DNA of 64,000 nucleotides, taken from positions 3,648,001 to 3,712,000 of the forward strand of contig OZ242351.1 in the NCBI GenBank assembly GCA_965208675.1, written 5' to 3'. The DNA is from Candidatus Poribacteria bacterium (GTDB taxonomy: Bacteria; Poribacteria; WGA-4E; PCPOR2b). Position numbers and translations under genes: made by a program. Below, piece after piece: positions 21,401 to 29,319 of this stretch. Below the pieces are notes generated by a model. It ran no database searches. It was not told where the DNA came from and was given only the letters and a program-made list of their open reading frames with translations. How positions within the stretch are numbered: position 1 is the first letter of the stretch; each line of letters opens with the position of its first letter.

Positions 21401-21988
21401 GTGAATGATATCGTTGATCCGCACTAGGTTTTGCTCCGTGGCTTCCAATTTCTTTATCGCGGCTTTTTTGCGGCGCTTATATTTGGTGATACCCGCAACT
21501 TCATCAAACAGAAAGCGGCGTTCCTCCGGACGATTGTTGAGGATGAGGTCAATCTTGGCCTGTTCCATTATGGAGTATGCATCAACACCGATACCGGTGT
21601 CCATAAAGAGTTCCGTGATATTTCGCAGCAGGCAGGGGCTCTGATTGATGAAATAATCGCTCTCACCACTTCGTGTCAATTGGCGGCGAACCTCAATCTC
21701 CGGAGATTCGAGCGCGAGTTTTCCATCGACGTTGGTGAAACGCAAAGAAACATGCGTCTTTGGCGCCGGTTTGAAATTAGCACCGCCGTTGAAAATGATG
21801 TCCTGCATAGTGGCGCAGCGAAGCGCACGCGCACTCTGTTCGCCAAGCACCCACCGGATGGCGTCGGAAACGTTGCTTTTGCCGCAGCCGTTCGGTCCCA
21901 CAACCACAGTGACGCCCGGCTCGAGCAGTAATACCGTCTCTTCGGCAAAACTCTTAAAGCTACTGATTTTAATCTGATTGAGATACAA
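18437..21988 (-). CDS. smc: Chromosome segregation protein SMC
   Basis: TTG start with GGAGG RBS; SFKSFA, GPNGCGKSN, coiled coils, hinge GRVTFLPL, LSGGE, LDEVDAALD. Confidence 0.97.
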   Translation of the reverse strand: MYLNQIKISSFKSFAEETVLLLEPGVTVVVGPNGCGKSNVSDAIRWVLGEQSARALRCATMQDIIFNGGANFKPAPKTHVSLRFTNVDGKLALESPEIEVRRQLTRSGESDYFINQSPCLLRNITELFMDTGIGVDAYSIMEQAKIDLILNNRPEERRFLFDEVAGITKYKRRKKAAIKKLEATEQNLVRINDIIHELQRETESLKRQAQEAESYQRLHDQLKTLELELNRREHGRFVKELTETQLSLDEILSLTAGANATIETTEGQIEEATEKRSELDASIRDAQEVVRQFMGEIEKTERQIALYKERQLNIQQQRQRAVQAIESLEKQHAELESQKDERNRERTQLDVALKLEESRLTARRRVLTELTTRVNDAEQTVNTTRGQLDETNTQVSQAEAQLTSLEGKLAYSSDNLNRVVENSRVLQTELETAKEAQTKAQKREQQLTADQFRVDTEKQNTEEKLQHHQDELRKLESEMRGLQDSLGMSVSRLKSLQELKAAHEGYYTGVRAILKAREIHPERFGGVCGVIAELIRTEPDYELAMEVALGNALQNVVTETAEDAQAGITFLKETQAGRVTFLPLDILRSRSFRDNNLLNQTGVIGLASELLEYDPKYTVAVQQLLGNTVVIENIDRAIELTRSFRPNARLVTLEGELINTSGAVTGGSSKTQTSGLLSRPRELGDLQERIDQLTGVVSKKDVKRKEHVKLLAQLQQTRQTLISKQQDNEIERASVTKDLEQFHDKLTHLNSQLTDAETEGASLHQETEKVKTDRKALQSQLAEDQKTQHTLQRRIERLSEQIEVECKKRDEVSESCQELEINLAGKRERLQGLGSELATLQKNQVQISESIGEHQEIIDSDNQTQQNLSEQIDEAQRQFVQAEGRKFEAEECVSQLEAERDGLIEQIAEAQKLMRRARREFDKHNRMRHHLEVTTTQLEMQLKAISARIQDKYQVSIDQIEVEEHPSSNLELMDGIETLKVQIESMGSVNLVAIEEYHEHKKREVFFAEQREDLQKSLESTYQAIQKINKTSRDAFLNTFEQIRSNFQAVFEELFNGGETELRLTDESDVLEAGIEIIACPPGKRPQSITQLSGGERSLVAIALLFAIFKIKPSPFCVLDEVDAALDEANVLRFTNLIRKYAEQTQLIIITHNKRTMEIADTMYGVTMEQAGVSKVVSAKFSG

Positions 21989-22394
21989 CGGGTTTCCTCC
22001 TTCGATTGACAGACTGTTCGGCAAGCCTACTTCATTCAACGTGAATACGTAATGGTGCGTTTCAAGTCCTCATAAGAAAAATCCGTCGCTTTAATTTGTA
22101 ACTCCTCATCGGTTTTAATCCAATTCAAGATACGGAATGATAGCGCATTGTCGTCGTCTCTAGATAGATGAACGTGCGCCGAAGCTTCCACAGGAACCCT
22201 CTCTCATAAAATCGGCGCCAGTTTCGGTGCATCATGTTGGTCATGGTTGGACCCTGTCACACCACCAATTATAGAATTTATTGCGTGTGTGAAGGGGCGA
22301 GCAACGCTGCTGTATGACGCAGGCCAACTAACTGAAGCAGATGAAAAACACACGGCAATTACGCGGCTGTGTTCGCCAAGCGCAAAACTTGATA

Positions 22395-22423
22395 TTGACA
22401 AAGACTGACAGTTGTGCTATAAT
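22395..22423 (+). promoter_or_regulatory. Consensus sigma70 promoter
   Basis: Perfect TTGACA-N17-TATAAT with extended -10 TG. Confidence 0.8.
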
Positions 22424-22542
22424 CGCTTAGGTTGTGACTTGCACCCATGATGAGCATTTATTCTTGACGATACATTACCAGATGCACAGATTCCAATATC
22501 CAAGCATATTTTTCAATCTCAAATTTAGATTACGAATTCGGA

Positions 22543-23154
22543 ATGGAGAACAATCGGATGAACATAGAGCAACGCTTCGATGAAATCATTGAGAATCGGA
22601 ATTTGCTCAACCACCCCTTTTATTTAGCTTGGAGCGCAGGCCAGTTGCCCCAAGACGCATTGCGAACATACGCCCGTGAGTACGGCGCCTTCATCGCGCT
22701 TGTACCTGATGGTTGGCAAACTTTGAACGAACAGGAAATTGCGCAAGAAGAAAAAGAACATCTCGAAATGTGGAAAGACTTTGCACAAGGATTGGGAACA
22801 CACGTTGGCGAAGCCCATGTTGCGCAGGTGAAAAATCTGGTTGGCGTCGCACGGTCGCTATGGGAAAACCCGGAAACTGCACTGGGAGCGCTTTATGCCT
22901 TTGAAGCCCAGCAGCCCGCCACATCAAAGTCTAAACTCGAAGGGTTGAGAGCGTTTTACCAACTGCCGGGTGAAGTAGAACCTTACTTTGAAATCCACTC
23001 TCATAATGAGCACGAATCGGAAAAACTGCTGCATCGAATGCAACAACTTGCTCCAGGCGAACAAGATTCTGCTTTTCAAGCTTGTGAGAAAATGTGCGAC
23101 GCGCTTTGGTCGGCACTCAGCGGTATTTATGATGCGGAATGCGCGGTTAACTAA
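22543..23154 (+). CDS. Heme-oxygenase-like diiron enzyme, CADD/PqqC-like
   Basis: LLNHPFYLAWSAGQL..ALRTYAREY, EEKEH, ALYAFEAQQP..SKSKLEGL, YFEIH. Confidence 0.8.
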   Translation: MENNRMNIEQRFDEIIENRNLLNHPFYLAWSAGQLPQDALRTYAREYGAFIALVPDGWQTLNEQEIAQEEKEHLEMWKDFAQGLGTHVGEAHVAQVKNLVGVARSLWENPETALGALYAFEAQQPATSKSKLEGLRAFYQLPGEVEPYFEIHSHNEHESEKLLHRMQQLAPGEQDSAFQACEKMCDALWSALSGIYDAECAVN

Positions 23155-23371
23155 CGCTCAATATTAAAGCCGTATACCGGGCGCTCCTAATGGCTGAGGG
23201 CATGAGGAACGGCATTAATCTCTCATTAATTTCCGTCTGCGATGCCCCTCGCCTCCCATTCCACAAACCTCACCTACCCGTGTACGATTGAGAGTAATTC
23301 TGTATAAGCAGATGACAGTTTAATCGTCGATACGCTCTATTGTTTGTACAGAATTACAAAATACGGCAACT

Positions 23372-23754
23372 TCAGTAGCTGTTAGATTCATCTGATTTGG
23401 GGTCCGACCCAAATCGCAATACGTGATTATCAAGGTCTTCCACTTTCATTTCGTACGCCCAGGGGTAGTTTGTTGGGACCTCTCGATTCGTAGCACCGCT
23501 CGCTTGGTGTTCTTCATATAACTTCTCGACATCCTCGACACTTATCCAAGTCCAGGTTCCAGCTTGTCCCTGATCGCCGTGGCATAGCATTATATGACAG
23601 TGGCCGCGTGATACAGACCCAAAGCCTGGCGGATCTCCCCAATCCCAATCCTCTTAAAACCGAGCACTTTTACATAATAGTCGATACTGGCTGGAAAATT
23701 CTTGACATTGAAGATGGGTATGATGCACGCAAACTTGGTTTTTGTCCTTTTCAT
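23372..23754 (-). pseudogene. VOC/glyoxalase-bleomycin resistance family gene with 1-nt frameshift
   Basis: N-half IIPIFNVKNFPASIDYYVKVLGF and C-half EDWDWGDPPGFGSVSRG...PTNYPWAYEMKVEDLDNHVLRFG lie in different frames, joined at ~23654 (TTTAAGAG, one base short). Confidence 0.8.
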
Positions 23755-23952
23755 TGCATCCGCACTCGGCATTTCAAGAATTACGTTCCGTCAGAATTGT
23801 GTCCGCAAGTGTTGACCATTATGGCACAATTGGCAGTATTGTGTCAAACAGTATTCCCCACCCACTGGCATACGTAACAAACGCTTTCGTCTTCTATCTC
23901 GCCTCGATTTCCCACTCAACAAATTTCCCGCTGAATTTTTCTTCCAGTCTGT

Positions 23953-23979
23953 GAACTTTTCATTTCCTTGCGGTGTCAT
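23953..23979 (+). promoter_or_regulatory. Candidate ECF (sigmaE-like) autoregulatory promoter
   Basis: GAACTT-N16-GTCAT upstream of the ECF sigma gene. Confidence 0.55.
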
Positions 23980-24091
23980 TTAGAATGGAAGCTTACCGGA
24001 TGACCTATCGCCCCGCCTTTCGCCGGTAATTTTGATAAGCAATATCAAAGTGTCCTGAACCTAAGTCGGTACTTTCTTAAGCTGATGAGCA

Positions 24092-24706
24092 TTGATATTA
24101 CAATCCGATGAATTTCTCATTGATAAGATTCTTGAACGCGATGCGGAGGCGTTTGAAGTGCTTTGGGCACGATATAGCGCGTCCGTCCGCCGACACATCA
24201 TACGCACCGTACAGGACGAAAGTGCAGCCGAGGATTTGGTTCAGGAAGCATTCTTGCGTCTATGGACATCCGCTGAGCAGTGGGATGGGCGAGGCAACTT
24301 CAAGGGGTGGTTCTTCCGTATCGCCACAAACCTCGCCCTCAATCACCTGCGCGCCCTGCGTCGGCAGAAGCAACAGCCCCTCGAAATACCGCTGGACGAT
24401 TTTGATGATACGGACGACTACTCGTCCGACCCGGATTGGATGATTGACACATCGTTACGCAGTCCCGATGTGATGCTAGAACAAGCCGAGCAGTCTAATC
24501 TGCTCTGGCGGCTGGTTGAAGAACTGCCCGAAGATAAACGAGAAGTGCTTCACCTTGTATATCGGAAAGAGATGAATCTTCGTGACGTTGCCGCTGAGAT
24601 TGGCATCCCGGAAGGCACGGTGAAGTCGCGTTTACACTATTCCATAAAGCGTCTCGCTCAAGCATGGAAGGAGATTACAGGCGAATACGAGGAAGATAGT
24701 CAGTGA
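24092..24706 (+). CDS. ECF-type RNA polymerase sigma factor
   Basis: sigma2 AAEDLVQEAFLRLW...FKGWFFRIATNLALNHLR; sigma4 VAAEIGIPEGTVKSRLHY. TTG start is uncertain. Confidence 0.92.
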   Translation: MILQSDEFLIDKILERDAEAFEVLWARYSASVRRHIIRTVQDESAAEDLVQEAFLRLWTSAEQWDGRGNFKGWFFRIATNLALNHLRALRRQKQQPLEIPLDDFDDTDDYSSDPDWMIDTSLRSPDVMLEQAEQSNLLWRLVEELPEDKREVLHLVYRKEMNLRDVAAEIGIPEGTVKSRLHYSIKRLAQAWKEITGEYEEDSQ

Positions 24707-24729
24707 ACAAGCGAGGCTATTACTCGCCA

Positions 24730-24794
24730 CGCATTACGCATTCCGTATTACACATCACGATTCACGCTACACACTACACACTACACACTACACG
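24730..24794 (+). repeat. Heptamer tandem repeats (CTACACA x3 plus CTACACG, preceded by degenerate ACGCATT units)
   Basis: Exact CTACACA at 24767, 24774 and 24781. Confidence 0.7.
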
Positions 24795-24822
24795 AAATTC
24801 CCAATGGGAGGAGGAGACCGCA

Positions 24823-27800
24823 ATGTCACACAACATCACCGCATTATGGCACAAAAAATCTTTTGACCAACTGATGAACAATCGGCTGCCAGACCTACTC
24901 GCCGAGCGATTGCCGATAGCTGGCTACCATTTTGAACCTACCAGCACCTACACCGGTTGTATCAAAATCTCCCTCACGTCAACTGATGGCGACGTTGAAG
25001 TCGAATACACCGATATCCCGCAACCGGACAAGGAAGGGATGTTCAAAATTGACGGAGAAAACTATGTTGTCGTTCCAACGGCTTCGACTGATAACCTGAA
25101 AAAAGCGAAAATCAGATGTATTGGAGAGCAACTATATAGTTATATCAAAATGCGCTTGAAAGGTGCCACCTTAGACCTGTCATGGGAAACAGCCCCTGTA
25201 CGATCATGGCTCCCGCTTGATAAATGGATACAGGAATTCTTTCGTGACACATTTTACTCGCAGAAACTTCAGGAGACCAACTGGCTCGACAAGTATAGGC
25301 ATCTTCGACGGTTATACGTTCTGAACCGCGAGCAGGTATTCACGCCCTCCCACTTCGGGCGGGCATGCCCTTTCGAGACGCCAGAGGGGCCAAACATAGG
25401 TCGAATCCTTACGATTGCTAGGGGCGCCGAGATTCGCGGCGGAAAACTGGTCGTCGTTGATGAAAACCCCGAAGCAAACCTCGGCTTAGCATCGGCAATG
25501 ATCCCATTTCTTGAACACAACGATCCTGCCCAGACAATGATGGGGGCTAACATGTTGTGTCAGTGGATGGCGCCTTCGTCTCCGGAGACAGCTCCACTAC
25601 GCCAAGCCAAAGAGATACCGAGGTTGGCTGCTGCTCCGGAGCCCGCACTTGTCCAAACTGGTTTAGAACCGGATGTGCCCGACTTTTGGTGCGGTCGCAA
25701 CCTATTGACCGCTTTCATTTCTTGGGGCGGCGATACCTTCGAAGACGGCATCGTGATAAGCCGGTCGTGCGCAGCGCGTCTAAAATTTCCTTATGCAGTT
25801 GAACCCGGCGATAAGATTGGCAACCGTCATGGAACGAAAGGCGTCGTTTCGCGCATCCTGCCTGACGATGAGATGCCGCACCTTGCCGACGGTACACCGG
25901 TGGAACTTGTATTCAGTTTCGGTGGCTTGCACGCGCTAATGAACCTCGGTCAATTACGAGAGGCGGTGATGGGGCGTATTGCACGACTGGAAAATAAGCC
26001 AGCTATCGTGCCGCCATTCCGCGCTCCCTGTGCGGATGAATTGCGCGAACGCCTTAAGAACGCAGGACTTCCGGAAGATGGAATGGAACGCCTTACATTT
26101 GGGAGGAACGGTAATAAGGTGGGGCGGCATAGCACAGTCGGTTGGGTGTATTGGGGACGTCTGGCTCATATTGCGTTAGATAAAATAAAAGCCTCCGACT
26201 CAACCGATATTGAAGACCATAGGTACTTCCAAACACTTGGTGAACTTGAATACGATAGACTACGCAACGCCTCAGTACTTGAAACATTGAGGGAACATTT
26301 TAACACCCGCGCCATGAATCGGACTGATGCGCATACGTTAGCGGAGCGCGTCGCAATAGGCGAAGTTGAGCAGGCGGGTCCGCCGACGCCGATGTTCGCT
26401 AACCTCACGAATCGACTCTCGGCAGCAGGAATTTGGGCCGAACTCTACGGCGGCAAGTTGATTTTTAAATTTGGGCGACCGAATGGAAATACGCTCAAGC
26501 TTGCTCAGCCCGTCCCTTATCCGTGGTGCCGCGATCGAATCCTTGATGAAGTCGGGGTCCGTGAAGGCATGCCTGAATATCAGTCGCTTGCCGATGTCAA
26601 CGCCAGGGCTGACCGTATGCTTGCGAGTAATGCACCGGAAAGTTTAACCCGCCAAACCATCGTGCAGCTCCAAACCCGCGTCGCGGATTATGTCAATGCG
26701 CTCCTAAGCCCAACCGTCATGAACTTTAAGTCACGGAGCCTCTTCAGCGGACGCGCTGTCATAGCACCGGGTGCAGAGTTACACGCTGATCAGGTCGGTA
26801 TTCCGGAGGAGATGGCGTGGGCACTCTTTGGACATCATGTTACAAATCGGCTCGGTGATGCCGAAGAAGTACGGCGGCGTAGTCAAGGTGCAACACAAAT
26901 CCTGGATGAATTGATGGCGGGTTCGTGGGTAATTGTGCTTCGTCCACCGGCGCATACACTCACTAACCTCGTTGCGTTCCATCCGGTGCGGCACCCCGAC
27001 CGTGTCATCCGCGTGCATCCATTCGTGTGCGAGTTTATGAACGCCAATTTTGACGGCGATCAAGCAGCAGTCTTTCTCCCAATCACTGAAACCGGACAAC
27101 GCGAAGCCGGTGAACGGCTTTCCATCGCCGGGCATCTGAAACACGACCCAAGTTTATCCAAATTGCTGGCACCGACGCATGACGCGATGTGGGGATTGGC
27201 ACATTTAAGCCTCACCCCGGAAGGGCGCGGCGAAATCGCAGAGATTGTCGGAACCAACATCCCCGCCCCAGACGGTCTGGTTAGACAAGATTCGCTGGCA
27301 AAGTCACTAGAAGCCATCCTCAAATGCGATGGAATAGACCGCACGATTGAAATAGCCGAGCGTCTAATGCGGCGCGGGCTCGCAATTACTAAGGAATCGG
27401 GTGCCTCCATGAGCCCATTTATCAGTAGACCCGCTGGCAGCCCATCCGTTCCGGTAGATCCCGATGATGCACCCGCTTGGAACGCTCACGCAGAGGAACT
27501 TATCGAGTGGCTTGCCGCGTGTAACGACTTCGCGGACAACAACTTGGGACCGCACATCCTTGCGGCAAAAAGCCAAGACGCACGCAGTAGACTTTATCGA
27601 ATCGCTTGCTGTGTCGGGGCAAGAGGTACGGTTTTGGACCTTCGAGGAAGAGATATCATCGTTCGCAACGGGTATAGCGACGGTTTAACACCCGGTGAAC
27701 TTTACCCGCTTTCCGTCACTTCGCGGGAGGAGATTGTGCGGCTCAATTTGGAACGGCAACGGATAGAATTGGAATTGCGCAACGACAGTGAGCCAGCAGG

Positions 27801-27942
27801 ATTCACCGTCCTGGTGCGTGCAATGCGTGCCAAACACCCAGGTGTCGTTTTCGCCCGAGCCGCTGCAACCGGTGAGGTCGATCCGCTTACTGATGTGGAC
27901 AGCCGTCTTTTCGTCGGGCTACCTGTATCAACTGAGGAGTGA
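24823..27942 (+). CDS. Miniaturised single-chain RNA polymerase beta-beta' fusion homolog (~1039 aa)
   Basis: GGAGGAGG RBS. Beta motifs in order: [61 protein letters not shown]. Then beta' motifs: [38 protein letters not shown]. Confidence 0.9.
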   Translation: [1039 protein letters not shown]

Positions 27943-27979
27943 TTCATTATCTCGAACACACACATTATCCCTGATACAG

Positions 27980-28786
27980 TCATTCATCAAAGACTTCGCT
28001 GCCGATTGAGCCGCCGGCATTCATCGCCAAGTTGCCGCCGTCCATCGGAATTATCGCACCGGTAATCCATGAGGACGCATCCGATGCGAGAAACACGGTT
28101 AGACCGCGGATGTCGTCAGGACTCCCGAATCGACCCATTGGAATGCCGCTGAGGAACCGATCCCTAATTCGCGGATCAGCGTCGATGCGTTTCTGCAAAT
28201 CTGGGTTTAATACTTGTGCGGGTAAAATCGCATTGACTCGCACACCGCGCCCCGACCATTCGGTGCTCAGCTCACGTGTCATCTGAACAACCGCACCCAT
28301 CGCCATGCTGTATGCGATGTGCCCGCGGCCCATACCCGTGATGCTTGCCAAAGAACCGAGACTTACGATGCTCCCACTTCCAGCAGTAAGCATCCGCCGC
28401 CCGGCTTCCTGACAACAACAGAATCTGCCATAGACAAGGTTGCGCCAAGTCTGTTCAACGTCTTCTAATGAGATAACCTCCGGTTTTGATCGGGTCGCTT
28501 CGCCCGCGACATTACCTAGAAAATCGATCCGACCAAATTCCTCGTCCACTCGTGCAAACATGGCGCGGATTTGATCCGGACGCGATACGTCACAATCAAC
28601 AGCGATGGCACGGCGTCCCATCGCCTTGATTTCTCTAGCAGTTTTCCCCGCACCAGCCAAGTCAATATCTGCAAGCATCAAGTCCGCCCCCGCTTCTGCC
28701 AAAGCTAACGACATCGCACGACCCATGCCACTAGCCGCTCCCGATACAACTGCAACTCGTCCGGCAAGATTGAACATCTCCGTCAC
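27980..28786 (-). CDS. SDR family NAD(P)-dependent oxidoreductase
   Basis: VSGAASGMG, YSMAMG (YxxxK variant with K>M), RVNAILP, PMDGG. Confidence 0.9.
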   Translation of the reverse strand: MTEMFNLAGRVAVVSGAASGMGRAMSLALAEAGADLMLADIDLAGAGKTAREIKAMGRRAIAVDCDVSRPDQIRAMFARVDEEFGRIDFLGNVAGEATRSKPEVISLEDVEQTWRNLVYGRFCCCQEAGRRMLTAGSGSIVSLGSLASITGMGRGHIAYSMAMGAVVQMTRELSTEWSGRGVRVNAILPAQVLNPDLQKRIDADPRIRDRFLSGIPMGRFGSPDDIRGLTVFLASDASSWITGAIIPMDGGNLAMNAGGSIGSEVFDE

Positions 28787-29319
28787 AATCCCCTCTCTGT
28801 CTTCATTTTAAATCCAATTACGCTCTCATAGTTGGTGACCGGGATTGAAGCCCTTCTATTTCGTGATGCCTTGGCGCGGGTTCAACTCTTTAATCGCTAA
28901 CACATTTTACACACCGCGCCAAGTGTGTCAAGATGAGAAATTCAGGATTAACAAAAAAGACCTCAAGCATGCGTCATTGAGATTGGCAGCTGTTTTTACG
29001 TGTTGACTCTTTCTTTTCCAATCAACGATTCGAGTTTTTTCTGCAACTGGAAAGTCCTTTCGAACTTCTATGTCCGCTGCTTCTATCGTCTCTCGTAGGG
29101 CTCGATTTGCCTGAACGGCGCCGGCTCCATTGCCTTGTACCTGCTTCTCAAAAAAGATTGTAAACGACGCCGCTTCGACAAATTCATACCGCCGGCCGCA
29201 CACGGTTCTCTGTTCAAATTTATCCCCGGCAAGTGCGAATTTCACCGAATTAAACTATTCTCTTTCACTTTCGGTCTATAAGTAACGAAAATTCAACTCA
29301 AACGCCTGGAGGACTTACT

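Noticed and set aside
18528-21977. Many antisense and alternate-frame ORFs in the track (e.g. within smc, mutS2, rpoD)
   Set aside because: Shadows of well-supported genes, with no independent motifs.
22424-22542. Riboswitch in the leader of the CADD-like gene
   Set aside because: No recognisable aptamer consensus by eye; needs an Rfam scan.
23640-23665. Programmed frameshift in the VOC gene
   Set aside because: TTTTAAG is not a canonical slippery heptamer; a one-base deletion explains it.
24823-27942. The housekeeping rpoB/rpoC or a simple rpoBC pseudogene
   Set aside because: About 40% of the expected length, with no rplL/rpsL context. Deletions cleanly remove whole domains while the frame stays open with a strong RBS, which does not look like random decay.
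28928-29245. 105-aa minus-strand ORF
   Set aside because: No recognisable family or RBS; cannot be supported.
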